Positions 27,872 to 42,184 of a stretch of DNA of 64,000 nucleotides are shown here, one piece after another. The position numbers and the translations under genes are program-made. The stretch lies in assembly GCF_009914755.1 (NCBI RefSeq), contig NC_060928.1; one strand, given 5' to 3'. This DNA comes from the human T2T-CHM13v2.0 reference genome, Homo sapiens. The notes below the pieces were generated by a model, which had not been told where the DNA came from, searched no databases, and saw nothing but the letters and a program-made list of their open reading frames with translations. Positions within the stretch are counted from its first letter, which is position 1. Every line of letters begins with the position of its first letter.

Positions 27872-28031
27872 AATATATATATATATATTTATTTATATAT
27901 ATAATTTATAAATATAAAATTATATATAATTTATATATATGATTTATAAATATATAAATCACATATATTTATATATATAAATTTATAAATTATATATATA
28001 TAAATATATATATATATAAATATATATATAA
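27872..28031. repeat. Degenerate (TA)n AT-rich tract
   Basis: About 160 bp almost entirely A/T, built from tatata/tttataaa units. Confidence 0.95.
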
Positions 28032-28425
28032 AGCCCTGAAGTAGGAACAGCCTTGGAAAAAGACGAGGAAACTTGGGAGCTTGAAGCAATCACAATGGAA
28101 GTACTTAAATATTTTAAGTGCATTTTGACCTTATCTATGCAAAGTGGTTTAATGTCAGCTCTACCTGAACTTCCCTGTTTACCTTGGCCTTGCTGGTATT
28201 CACCTTTAGTCATTAGATAAGGAGGAACCTTTAAAGTTGATACATTCATTTGCTTTTAAACGCAAAAGTCCTTGAACAAGTTTATTTATTTAAATTGAAT
28301 GAAACCATCCCCTATAACCATGTGTATGTTTTAAGTTTATTGTCCTCTTTCTATGTAATATAAAGAACAACTTTAGCTGTACTCAGACACATCAGTTTCT
28401 TTACTAGAAAATGTTATCGTAACTA

Positions 28426-28726
28426 GCCTGGGCATAGTGGCTCATGCCTGCAATCTCAGCACTTTGGGAGGCTGAGGCAGGGGGATCACTTGAGACCAGG
28501 AGTTCAAGACCAGCCTGAGCGACAACCTGAAACCCCATCTCTACAAAAAAATACAAAAGTTAGCCAGGCGTGGTGGTGCGCACCTGTAATCCCAGCTATG
28601 TGGGAGGCTGAGGCACAAGAATCACTGAAACCCAGGAGGTAGAGGTTGCAGTGAGCTAAGATTGTGCCACTGCACTATAGCCTGAGCTACACAGTTGAGA
28701 CTCTGTCTCAAAAAAAAAAAAAAAAA
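28426..28726 (+). mobile_element. Alu (Jb/old S)
   Basis: Full dimer; 20-bp TSD agaaaatgttatcgtaacta / agaaaatgctattgtaacta (2 mismatches). Confidence 0.94.
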
Positions 28727-29065
28727 AGAAAATGCTATTGTAACTAATGTTGTATATATTCATTCACTCTTTCATTTATTCAAGAATACATTTGTTCCTG
28801 CAACTGTTCATGCATTTAACACAGTTTGAGAAAAGCATCAATTTCTGTGTTGTCTCTTCTAGAATATTTAGGAAACTACTTTTAAAAATCTTTTATATTT
28901 AAAATATTTCCAAAATATAAAACTAGTATTCACCCCTTGTGGAAATATATGAGAAGTATAGAAGTATTTTAAGAAAGTAAAAACAAATACTCTGGTTAAC
29001 TACTTACTGATACTGCCTGGTGGACTTTTGATATGTTTTTAGAAATAAATTTGTAATTCAAATTG

Positions 29066-29207
29066 AATATAAAATTTAACATTCAGACATGAGCATTTCA
29101 TGAGCATTCTTTTTATTGGAAAGAATAAAACCATCTTAAATATAAAATTTTAACATTAGACATGAGCATTTCATGAGCAATCTTTTCATTGAAAAGAATA
29201 AAACCAT
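29066..29207. repeat. Tandem duplication, 73-bp period, 2 copies
   Basis: aatataaaatttaacatt(c)agacatgagcatttcatgagca...aagaataaaaccat repeated at 29066 and 29139. Confidence 0.92.
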
Positions 29208-30857
29208 TATTTTAAACATCAAATAAAATGTCATATGTTTCATCATTTACCTAACTATTCTTTTAAAGTTGGATATATGTGATTAGAAATAGTACTATGC
29301 TGAATATGTTATGCATATTTTGTACATGAATTTATAAATATCCACTTATAAATGATTTTGATTTATTAATGGAACATAAAAATTTTAAGAATCTTATCAG
29401 ATATTATACAATTTATTTCCATAAGAGTTATATTGATTCCTACTAATAGGTTAGGGTTATGTTTATCTTACTGTATTCTACTCAGATCTTCAATATTATT
29501 ATTTTAAAAATTTAAAAATAATCTTTGTTATGAGATAATTTTAACCCCAATTGTTTATAAAGAAATATGGTTTTTGATGTAGAATATTTTGATTATTTTA
29601 TTATTTTTGTTTTTGATTCTTACTATTTTCCAAAATGGCTCATTTGTCTTTTCTTCTGCTGTGTTAAATACTATGATTGATTTTAGTCTTCAACAGACCT
29701 AAGCTCTTTCTATCCAAGACTGTTTAATAATCTTTGTATTAGCTGTACTCTTTCATGCCCAGAATATGTCTATTAAATATGTCTTTAAATATGTTTATTT
29801 AAAGAGTGAATAAATAGTAAAATGAATAGATGACAAATCATCAATTGAATAACAATGTTGCACATTATGGTTTAGATTTTTGTGGAATAATCCTTTAAAT
29901 ATTAAAATGGTAAGAGAAAGCTGAGCTACTTTAATTTCTACTAGTTCTCCTAGAATATTTTAAAAATATGGTATTTATCTAACACTGCTCTTGAAGATTT
30001 AAGCACAATATCATTAGAGAAAAAAAAACACTACAGAAACACTCACTGACTACAAAGAATCATAATAAAAATATTTGCATTCCAAAAAGTCTGGAGTAAC
30101 ACTTTTGAAAATATTACATCTTCACTGTAGTGTGTATATTCTTTTCATATTTCTTCATAACACTTTACTTCAGCTTGGAATGCAACTGGTTGCTTTTCTT
30201 TATGCTTTTGAGGGGAAAAAAAGGGTATTATCTCTGATTTTTACCTTGTGTTTAAATCTTTTATTTGTCAATCATGACAGTTGCTCCCTCCCCTGGCTCG
30301 GGAGTATTTCAAGTAGATTATAAATAATGCTTGTTTAATTGGAAATTCCTGTTCAGCAATGGACTCATTTCTGGCTCATTCTGAATTTCTTAAAATGTGT
30401 ACAGTCACTAAAACATACAAGAGGCATTTTGACACACAGATTTCATTGTGACATAGGAAGGGATATTACTAGTTAATTTTCTTTTAGGTTTCAATTCTCT
30501 GAAACTTGTTATGTATCAAGTTATAAATTTTTTTAAAAGTTACATAAAATGAATATATAGTCAATATATATCAAACATTTATTTCACAAATTAAGGAAGC
30601 AGCAGAATGGCAGAGCTAGCTCAAAAGAGGATACAAAAAATTAAAGTATATATGGACAATGAAAGAACAAAGCTGAAATAAGACATCTAAAGTAGATTCA
30701 AAACCAGTTAATGCCCTATAAAGCAACAAACCCAAAACCTTTGAGTTTTTGTTTTTGTTTTACTGCTAAATAGAAAAGTTCTGTATCTCTACTTGTCAAA
30801 ATTTATTTGCCACTTATCAATCTTTTATAAGTTAAAATTCAACTTTATGTAATATAA

Positions 30858-31184
<327 letters not shown>

Positions 31185-31439
31185 AAGCAATCCTATTCTC
31201 ATTGTTGACATAAGAGGTATTTAATATTTTATTTGAAATTTTAAATATAAGAAACAAACCCACCTGATTAAAGTACTAAGGTTCTTTATAAAATCTCTAT
31301 CTATCTAATAAGTATTTTCAAAGGGCTTGTTAGGATCCATTATCTGTCAATAGGATAAAATATTAATGTGGTAGAGTATTTGGCTAATTTTGCTTTGTTT
31401 TAAAATCATGAAATATATTTATATACTGTCATATATATC

Positions 31440-32390
31440 AGTGCATAATACAGTAGAAAAGAAACCAAAAACCAATGTATTTAATACAATCCAACTCAAG
31501 GGAAAGAAATGCTAATATCACTAAAGTTTTTTGTATATTTCTTTTCAACCACAATCACTCTCATCTTCAGGTAATTGTTAGCATGAATTTGTGTTTATAA
31601 TTCCTTTTTTTGTAGTCCTAATAAAGTGTTAGATTATAAACATATATTTAATGTGGTATATTTTAAAGATATTATAAACGGTATACTGTTCATATTCTGA
31701 TATTTTAAATTCAAATTTATTTTTTAAGATTCATTCATATTGGGATATTTGGCTATTGTTTCTTCTTTTCCATTTGATTTCTTACTGGTTGTTAGCTATA
31801 ACAAAAATTGATGCCATAAACATTTTTGTACCTATCTCCTAGAACAGTTCCCAGTATAAAAAGACTTACACATTCTAGAAGATGCATAGGGTCAAAGGTT
31901 TTATGCATCTTTAATGTAACTAGACAATTCCCAGTTGTTTTTAAGGAGTTATACTAATTTATACACCCAACAACAAAGTAAGTTGCTCCATATTCTCTGC
32001 AAGATTAGGTATTGTCACACTGTTTAAACTTGCCTATTTGCTGGATAAAGAATCACACCTGTTTTAAAATCTTTGTTTCTCTTATATAGAAGTTGTACAT
32101 ATTTTTATGTGTTTGTTTTCATTCTTGCTTCATCTTTGTTGAATAATTGTTTTGGTCTTTTCTTCATGTGTGTATTTTTATCCTATCCCCTTAATTATTG
32201 AATGCTAAGAGTTCTGGATGTATGCAGCTACTGCTTCTTTTTTGTTGGTTATATAGGGCTTGTCTTTTCACTGGTAATAACATCACTTGATAATCAGTAA
32301 CTGTTTTTGAACTTTTACTTTGAAAGCAATTTAAAGCTTACAGAGAAGTTACAAGGATAGTAAAATGAAATTGTTTATTCTTTATCTAGT
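31440..32390 (-). mobile_element. Ancient L1ME/L1MC 3' fragments
   Basis: gccataaacatttttgtac...gggtcaaagg...gttatactaatttatacacc...gttgctccatattc; a separate L1MC-type end (gcttacagagaagttacaaggatag) near 32305-32390. Confidence 0.65.
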
Positions 32391-32449
32391 TTTTCTTTAG
32401 CGATCTGTGTATGGATATATGTTAGTATTATGATCATTGTGAAAACATT

Positions 32450-32550
32450 TGTAGATACAAAGGTTGTATAATGCGTAACTCCATGGGGCCCCGCTTACAT
32501 AGACGATAGCAGAAAGAGTGCCTTCTCTAGATGTGAGGCATGGTGTGACT
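32450..32550. mobile_element. MER91-like hAT MITE remnant
   Basis: aggttgtataatgcgtaactccatggggccccgcttacatagac resembles a MER91 half-palindrome. Confidence 0.45.
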
Positions 32551-35500
32551 GAATATGTTATATTTCTTTTCCATGGAGATTCTTGTCTAGGTTAGTAATG
32601 TCTTATTCTGGTACAACAGGAAAACTAATGATGTAATGCAATGTTAGCCTCAAACCTAATGAGGCAGCCTCATTCTTACTGAAACAAAATGAGCTAAAGA
32701 TAAGCAGCACGATTGTTATGCAATTGCAGACTGTTATAGAGAATTCAAATTGAAATCTTCAGTTTCTTATTAAGAAAAAAATGACAAAAATATAAAAATT
32801 ACACAAACAAAAATAGAATATGTGTTAAAATCAACCCTTGTTTACATAGGTGGTAAACTCTTTAGAAAAGTCTCTCTATCCCTGGTGATGAACATTCGCC
32901 CTGGAAATAGATCCTATTAGAGGAAACCAGTACTTGTTAAGTTGGGTTATAGTCTGGCCACATAGAGAATTCCTATCTATAGACAGGAAAACCGTCTCAG
33001 GCTACAGAGGTTATGCAGTCTCCACCTCACGGAAGTGGGCCAAAGTTAGGGAGAGTCAAATCCTAAATGTCATTACATCAATTTTCACATCACTCTTAAA
33101 TCAGAAGTGACACCCTAAATTTTAGTAAAATCTGCTCCTCATTTTAGATGTCTGCAAATAATTAAACCTTATTTCACCCCCCACCGCCCCCACAGCCAAA
33201 GTTTATATGTTGGTAACAGAAAAACATTAACAAGAGATTAACAAGAAGAGAGTGAGCCATGTAATTACAGAGTCTGGGGCTTAGAGGTGAGTGACTCCTA
33301 AACAGGTAGATGGTTTCTCCTCCTTGTCAGGCTCTGAAGGTCTGGCTGTATCTTAGTAGGGAGGGCGACAATTTCCTTACACTTCACGAGTAGATAAAGA
33401 TGCATTATACTCTTCTGAAAGGTCATCAGAGCTGTTAATTCTTTATTGCATCAGAGAAAATCAATTGAAATGTAGGTGGTTATAAGGAGAGAAGAGCCTT
33501 AGGGGAAACTTGGAATTAATTTCACCCTTTCTTACCTTGTTGCTATCACAAATAGATCCTGCTTCTTGCTGTGACAACAAAGAATGGGCTACCTTGTAGC
33601 TACTTACCTATTATGAAACAGTTAAAGGGGAGGCTGAAACATCACTCACAATGGATGGATTGTTAAAAAGATTGAAGCACAAATAGGGCAGCCTGGATAA
33701 AGATTACTTTTATGCTCCTCAGTTTAATATTTTATTTTTGTATTTAAATGCACATAGAAAATGGAGTATTTAATTGAATGCTTTATTCTTTAAAAATTAA
33801 AGATTTGTAATTATAAGATATGCTTCAAAAAACCTTGAACTATTTTGTTTTTATAGCTCATTTTTGATAATATCACACATCTCCTACAAACAGAAAAACC
33901 AAAGCCTCCACAGAAATACCTTTTTGAAACCCAATAAGTTATGGTAGAAAATATTTTTAATGTTAAATTAATGAAATTCTAGAGAAACTTGCATTGATTG
34001 ATTTAATGTTATTGGTAGTTTTCTACTATTCATAGGAACTTAATTACTATATTTATAATTTACATATGGTCAGTGATTTGATGAATAATATATAAATCAA
34101 ATAAAAGAATAGGATTGTTGTGGAAATAAAAAATAATTTTGTCATTCTTTAAACGCATTTAAATATAGATCATATTTGCTTAAGCTAGTACTCTTAGCAC
34201 AGACAGGAGATCATCACTCTGAGTAGTTGAATGCATTTATGTTGCCAACTGGTGAAATATATAAATCCCTAAATTATAAAATTTATTATCTGAACCACAC
34301 AGAGTTGGGAAAAGTCGATTTTTCAAAGCATTGGTATACAAGGACTGGTTACTAATTGAATATAAGGTTGACTTTTAAAATTAGTACAAGTCCTCTACAG
34401 CAAGGCTCAGGAAGAGACTCATTAGTTTCACAGGCATATTTCTTTCATTGCAACGTTCAGAGGCATTTCAAGTTGCCAGAGCATTCTCAAACTGTTTTCT
34501 TGGATACACAGTATGTTTCTCCCTCTCTTTAGTTCCCTATCCCTAACCTTCCCTTGGCATTTCAATAATTTCAGGCTTTAATGTGCGTCGGTTTAAAATG
34601 TGGGCATCATCTGAAATGAGACAGTAGAATACTAAGGCTTTGTATTGAAAAGAGAAAAGAAGAGCTCAAGTTACCGTATTCCCTATAGCTCCTTGAAGCA
34701 TTAGAGAAAGAATTTTCTGAATTCACTAAATACACTGAACACATATAATCTGAGACAGATTATTGTCTAAATTTCCAACCACTATGTTGAATTTAAGGGT
34801 GTCAATTGGATCATAAGTTAAATAAATTTAAAATTTCAGTTGAGCATCTTCAAGTCAGAATCATAATGTGCAAGCAAAGGTTACATAGTGTGCCAAGGTT
34901 ACTTAGTGATCATCCATGTGCATTGTTTTTATATTGCAATGATGTATGCATAAGGCTAGCTAATAATCTCACGTCTGTACAGCCTGTCTGAAAACCTGAA
35001 AGACTGTCTAGTTTTGTATCATTAATTGAAATTAGATTTGTGTGCATGCATATACACTTAATTTACATACTGTACAATGTCAACCACCTTAACATTTGAG
35101 AATTTTCTAAACTTGGTATTAAATAACAGGGTTTATGGTACTTACTTGATCTTAACTATAATTACATTTTGAACATTTTTTTCCACTTTTGTGCAAGCGT
35201 TTTTTAAAATGAAAACCAAATTTTACAGAGCCTTTTTATTTTTGAAAATAATTTAGAACTCATCTGTCTCTGCTAAAGAAGGATAAAAATTTTGGTGGAA
35301 ACATTAGCAGTTGAACAGCACATCTTTAGGATCCAAACTAGCTGGAAAAGAGTTTAAAGTAAATGATTTGTTTCATTTTAGCACCATACCTGAGTATCAT
35401 GGAAGTGCTGTTTTTTATTTTTCTCTAAAAAATAAGTCTTTGGATTGTCTTTAACTACCCCTAGAGAGATGTTTTCCCATAGTATAGATAACACCGAGAA

Positions 35501-35608
35501 AATAGAACACTTACAGGTCATATAATATTATTCCTGGAGACATAGATCTCTCCAATAGAATAGAAATCTTTTGCCAAGTTTACCCTAGGCTTAAAGATTA
35601 TGGTGCTG

Positions 35609-36314
35609 TGTATTAGGGTTCTTCAGATAAAAAGAGCCAATAGGAGAGTATATATGTATATATATAACCTTTTGACTTTAAAAAAAGTCAAACATATTCA
35701 ATTATATACAGATATAATTATGTATACATTTTATTGGTTCTTTTGATCTTAGCTACAATTAATATATACTTTGTATTCGAAAATGCTGAAATCTGACATT
35801 TTTGCAAAACCAGTATGTGATGGTTAGTTTTATAGGTCAACTTGACTGAGTCACAGGGTACTGTCTCATTTTATACATATAAAATGAGATTTATTATAAG
35901 GAATTGGCTTATTTGATTATGGAGGCAGAGAAGTCCCATGATCTGCCACCTAAGAGCTGGCAACCCAGGAAAGCCATGGGGTAGAGGGAAGTGGTGGTGT
36001 AGTTCCAGCCCAAGTTCTAAGGCCTGAGAGACAGTAGCAGCAATGGTGTAAGTCCCAGTCTGGGGTCAAGGGAAGACCAATGTACCAGTTTAGCAGTCAG
36101 AGAGAAAAAGGGAATCTTCCCTTCCTTGGCCGTTTTGTTCTACTCAGGCACTGAAGGACTGGATGATGCCTACCCACATTGGAGAAGAGGACAATCTGCT
36201 TTACTCAGTCTACTTATTAACATCCTGAAAGACACATCCAAATATAATGTTTATATGTAAATGTGTGGGTACCCCATTACTCAGTCAAGTTGACCCATAA
36301 AACTAACCATTACA
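35609..36314 (-). mobile_element. ERVL solo LTR MLT2B-like
   Basis: tgtattagggttcttcaga...ccaatagg (TA)n ... gagatttattataaggaattggct...gtcaagttgacccataaaactaaccattaca; perfect 5-bp TSD tgctg (35604-35608 / 36315-36319). Confidence 0.88.
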
Positions 36315-36577
36315 TGCTGGTTTTTCAAAAATGTCAGACTTCAGGGTTTTCAGATACAAAATATTTCCTATTCCTATATTATTTTATGACACATTTCATT
36401 GTTTTAAATATTTGATTTGTGTCCAACTCAATCATATGTTTACAGCAATGAATACATAATGTTTCTCTTGTTTACATACTTTATCTACTTTTATTTAAAT
36501 CATTATTTCCTAGAAAGTTACATGTGAGTTAAATTTGTTAAAATGAAGTACAGTAGTGTGAATCTGAGAGGTGGTAT

Positions 36578-36812
36578 CTCATAGTAGTTACAAGTGTGGT
36601 TCCTCTAGAAGGTAAATATCTAACTTTGAATCTCAGCTTTAGGACTAAGCTCTGTGCTCTTGTATACGCCAGTATGCCCTCTAGTCTTCATTATCCTCAT
36701 CTGTACAGTAGAGATAATAATGATATCTATTTCGTAAGATTGCTTCAGGGAATAACTGAAGCAATCTCTGATCAGCACTGAGCATGTTGAATGTCAACAT
36801 ACATAGGTAAAC
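36578..36812 (+). mobile_element. MIR (MIRb-like)
   Basis: atagtagttacaagtgtgg...tttgaatctcagct...cctcatctgtacagtagagataataat. Confidence 0.75.
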
Positions 36813-36894
36813 AGACTTACCAAATGTAATTTTATAAGCCTTTAATTTTCGCCTATTATTTAGCCATTCTTTGAATTTTGTTAAGGTTTCATTA

Positions 36895-37065
36895 GCACTG
36901 ATTGTTATCAGGGGTGTTCATCAGAATTACCTGGATAACTTTTCCCCCCTAAAATACACATGGCTTAATGAATCAGAATCACTGAAGAATGGGACATAGA
37001 CATTTGTGTTTTGATAAAGTTACTCGTTGTTCTTACAGGCACCAACTGCAAAAGAGTTTAGTATA
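36895..37065. mobile_element. MER5-family hAT MITE
   Basis: catcagaattacctgga...tgaatcagaatcactg...atttgtgtttt. Confidence 0.6.
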
Positions 37066-38201
37066 AACGATGAGTTTTATTGTAATGCTATATCCCCAAA
37101 TTTCATGGAGTGCCATTTTTATTCTTCTCTAAAAATGAGACTTTTGATTCTCCTAACCGCCTCTAGGTATTTCTTTTTTGGCAGCAGAGATAGTGCCTAG
37201 AAAATTGAACACTTGTAGGTCATTTATAGTTTATTCATTTAGACTTAATTTATAGCTGAAATCTTTAAAAGTATTTTTTACTGTTTCTGAGTAGATCACA
37301 CAATGAGCTATTTCTGATTTGTTTAGGTATGATATAATGCAACATTTAAGATACAGCTAAACAGGCAATAGCCAATACTTAGTCTTCATTATTTCTACTT
37401 ACAGATAGGTTTTTATCAACATGAACTTATTTCACATATGGGTTTCACTTAGGGAAAAATGTCAGGGGCCCAGATGAAGAGATAGAGAGAAAACAAGTGA
37501 CTGCCAGAACAATGAGTGGTTTTTGAAGTGGGTACTTCTGAAGTCAAAGATATGCTTCATTAATATATTTGACTCTAAATGACAAATATTTTAAAGTACA
37601 TTTTTAAAAATTCAGTGTATTCTTTGAGGGCAGTCTCATTTTTTAGTCTAACTTATTCTCTACTCTGAGGTTTAACTTAGACTGAATGTAATTTCATCTT
37701 TAAATTTCAGTAATCCCTAGATGACATAGAATAGAAAACAAAAGCTAGAACATCCAAATTTAATAAAATAAAATGAAATAGTCTATTTTAATATTTAGAA
37801 GACATTACTTTTTAATTTAAATTTATTTTGAAGTATCTCAATCATTCAGGAAAATATAGAGAATATGGCTTATAGAGTTCTGCATTTCGGAAGACTTCGC
37901 CTTCTAACTTTCCTAGACCCAGATGGAAGGAATAGTTCACCAGGAAGCCAGGGCTTCCCTGAGCACGCTATGGGAGAGGAGAAGTAGGACTGTGCTATTC
38001 AGTAACAAATGACTATTGAGCCCTTTTTTCTCTTCTGGATAATGTCTTGATTTCATTTTTCATTTTCGGTCTATATCTCTATCCTATAACTCTAGGAATT
38101 CCTTTCAATTTAACATCATGTTTATAGTTCACATGACAATGTAGTTTGAGTTCCCTACATTGTTATGGGTTCTACTTTGGCTGAAAAATCTCTATCACGA
38201 G

Positions 38202-38570
38202 TGATATGGTTTGGCTGTGCCCCCACCCAAATCTCGTCTTGAATTGTAGTTCTCATAATCCCCACGTGTCATGGGAGGGACCTGGAAGGAGGTAGTTGAA
38301 TCATGGAAGCGTTACCCCCATGTGGCTGTTCTCTTGATAGTGAGTTCTCACAAGACCTGATGGTTTCATAATCGGCTTTTCCCCTTTTGCTTGGCTCTTC
38401 TCCTTGCTGCTGCCATGTGAAAAAGGACGTGTTTGCATCCCTTTCTGCCATGCTTGTAAGTTTCCTGAGGCCTCCCCAGCCATACTGAACTGAGTCAACT
38501 AAATCTCTTTCCTTTGTAAATTACCCAGTCACAGGAATGTCTATTAGCAGCATGAGAACAGACTAATACA
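38202..38570 (+). mobile_element. MaLR LTR THE1C-like
   Basis: tgatatggtttggctgtgcccccacccaaatctc...gaacagactaataca; TSD acgag/accag. Confidence 0.92.
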
Positions 38571-38680
38571 ACCAGGAACTTGCCTTTTCTTTTTCCCATT
38601 ATTTTATCTCCAAATCCTAGCAAAGTACCTAGTACCTAGTAGGCACAATAGAAATATTAATTAAATAAAAGAATATGATA
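38571..38680 (+). mobile_element. L2 3' end
   Basis: cctagcaaagtacctagtacctagtaggcacaatagaaatatt. Confidence 0.55.
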
Positions 38681-38949
38681 AATCTGAACTGAATATTCTC
38701 CTTTATCAGCAAAATATACATTGCATATCTCGTGAACTTACCCAAGGGTATGCTGACTTCCACCACCACACTAATCATATAAAAGTAATTTTCTGGGGAC
38801 CAATTACAATTTCTGTCATTTTTCTATTCTAAGAACCTCAACGGGAAGGAAGAGTATAGATCTGGCTTTCCCCTTTAACCTTTTGCATCTTTATATAAAA
38901 ATTTTATTTAGCTAATGAAAAGTACACAATAAGTATTCATTGTGATCAA

Positions 38950-39120
38950 AACAAGGTACTTTGCATATTATCTAAATTAGATCTCTACAACATTTTGAGG
39001 TAGGAATTTAAAGGTATATTTTTAAGATGAGTAAAGGGTAAAGCTCAGAAAGTTTAAGTTCTCCAAATGCTACCTGTTAGGTGAAGGAGCTAAGACCAGG
39101 AACTGGGAAGTAAATGACTG
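38950..39120 (-). mobile_element. MIR SINE
   Basis: actttgcatattatct...tacaacattttgaggtagg...agatgag...aagctcagaaagtttaagt. Confidence 0.6.
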
Positions 39121-40619
39121 TACAGCACATTGAATTCCCAAGATGTCATATCTCTTTGAAAGGTATTCCTTTGACCAATGGTTATCAAGCAGATAGTCGT
39201 TAACTCATTTGCTGAGGTGTTTCTGTTTCTGAGAAGTCTTTAGCGGAGAACAGTGTAGTCCAGTTTACAACTCTGAAGTATGACTACACCTGGTCAAGTC
39301 TTAATAAGAATCTTCTGGAATCAAAATCTATTCTAATCTATCTTCGAAATTCTTTCTAAAGTGTAATATTATTCAGAAAGTTCTTTTGCTGCTAAAATTT
39401 TCTTCCGATTATTTTTCTATTTAAGCTTGTTCCTTGGTATTCTGTTCTCAGTAGACATTTCCTAATTTTGCAATTCTTTATTTACATAATCTACTATTTG
39501 GATGACAGTTTCAGTTAGTCATAACTGGCTAATATACTTCCAAGCCCATATTTTACACAGAAATAAAATAGTCATGGGAAAAAAATTCTACGTCAACATT
39601 TTCTGTCAGTGGTTTCTCTAAATTATGTAAATCATAGTAATGATTGAGCAGAACAATTGCACTTCATGTTCAAAATAAACAAATGGTTGTTCAGCTAAAT
39701 ATTTGAAATGTCACATATATATTTCAACTAACCAAAGTTGAAATACAGTTAGTAAGGCCATTAGTTACTAATTCAATTCATACATTCAAATTTAAATAGT
39801 CATGATAAAAGAAAAATGGTCATTTTTAAATTTGTGCAAAGAGAGTTGTGGTCAAATACCATTTTAAGTCCAATTTTTACCCCTGAAATCTCTTATTCTC
39901 CTGCAAACTTTGATTTCTAGGTGTATTTTTACAATTTAATACATCTAATACATTTGTTTCCCAACTTAGTTTTCTTGCTTTTTTGTGTGAAACTGATATA
40001 GTTTGATACATGAATGTTTCAAAAAAGACTACAGTATTATTTCTCTGGGATTAGATTTAACTTTAATCTTTTTGTTTTTGTCTTAGACATGATTTTTATA
40101 AAATGCCTAAAAACCACCCAATTAATATTTCATCACAAAAATTAAGGTACAAAAAATACATTTAAATCTGTACATTTTACATTGATATATATGTTCATTT
40201 CTCTGAGTTCTCATTCTTGGATTGATATGTGATTTCCTTGAAATGTGACCCTTTGGATGGGCGTCCTTGGTGCTGCCCATTGTGGCTGGAGAGAGGCCAC
40301 TGACAATGATCTTAGTTTGTTGTATTGTTTGAGGATATTAAATTCTGTAAGGAGAAGGAAAACAAGGTGTGGGACACTTATAAGAAATATTAAATATGGA
40401 TAATAAGTAGCTTATGAATTATAGTAAAAATGTATAAGAAGTAATATACATAATTTAAAAAGTAGTAGCCTGTAAAATAAGAGCAGAGTTGATGTGTTAA
40501 GGATAAAAAGTAAGTTAGTAATATGCAAAACACACCAAAAATAAATAGATTTAATAGAAAATATGATAGAAGAAACACAAAGATGAATGATGGACAGAAA
40601 GGAAGGGAAAGAGCAACTC

Positions 40620-41180
40620 TGATTCTACCACTTCTGGGCTAAGAGCTTATCACCTCTAAATCAGCCACCCATTGGTGACAGCTAGTATGTTCCTATTCTG
40701 ACCCCACATATGCTCTGTTGAGGAAATATAAACAAAATGCAATGCTGTTCAGCAGGTTAATGACAATCTGCTTCTGTAGCTTCATACCTGTCTGTGTGTC
40801 CTTCCAATACAGGAAGTGTATATCACTGGTTTGGAGAACTTTGTGTCTGTGGACCCCTTGCCCAAACCTCACCTCTGGTGCTTGTGACCACACATGTTAC
40901 AGGGAAGGTTAACGAAGCAGAGACAGAGGACATAGGAACTTTGTATAATCCCAGACCAAGGCAGGGTGGCCTTTTCACATTTGCATGTTACCCTAAGTCT
41001 GTTCCTTATCCCATCTCTCTCTCATTCTTGTTGCTGTGTGATTAAATCAGTTTAATAAACTGTGTTATTTGAGCATTTTAATTGGTTTTGTGAGTACTTC
41101 TGTTTCCTAGCTTCTGGGATAGCTTACTTGGTATTATATTTGGAGTGTAGTATTGTTTCAGAGTAATTTTCCACATGACA
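40620..41180 (+). mobile_element. Probable ancient ERV LTR, family uncertain
   Basis: GC-richer block with a pyrimidine tract, aataaactgtg at about 41054 and a terminal ...tgaca; family not recognised. Confidence 0.35.
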
Positions 41181-41885
41181 CTGACCTTGTTCACCTGTGC
41201 GGGACAAAAGGTCTAGAGCTAATAGGGAGTCTAACCAAGTAAATCTTCAGGGTCTTTAGTTTGATGGGTCACTCCTGCTCAAACAGAAAGGATCACTATT
41301 GCTTATTACATCAGGTAATGTGCCACTTCCAGAAAAGATCCAAGGAAAAATAAGCTTGAGATCCCACATGAATGCAATATAGCTACATAACTTGTTCCTT
41401 AGCTGTCACTTTTTTTGTTATTATCATTAATAGGTCAAATTTATATATAATATACTATAATATTTCCTAATTATAACTGAGACCTACATTTGAAAAATGA
41501 TTTGAGATTTTATTATAAGCAAATTATATTTTTAGAACTTAAATCACCAAATAACAACCAAAACAATACAATATTTCCCACAAGTCCTTTTTTTCCTCCT
41601 AAGAATTGGAAGAGTTGAGATTCTCTGCTTTTCAGTTTATGAATTCAAATTAAAATGACACATATTTTAATAAATTTCTTGCATAAAGGTAGCTCCTAGT
41701 CATGAGTCCTTCTTTTTTTTTTTTTTTTTTGCTTGAGAGACATAAAAAGCACAATAGGGAAATCACTTTGAATTCAAAATATTTAGTCCTTGCCTGAGAT
41801 CAATGTTACTTTTTTTCTGAAGTGTACAGAGAGCAAAATCTGTCATAATATGCTGTTGGTTTTTACTGGATTTGATTTTTAAAAA

Positions 41886-42171
<286 letters not shown>

Positions 42172-42184
42172 AGATTTGATTTTA

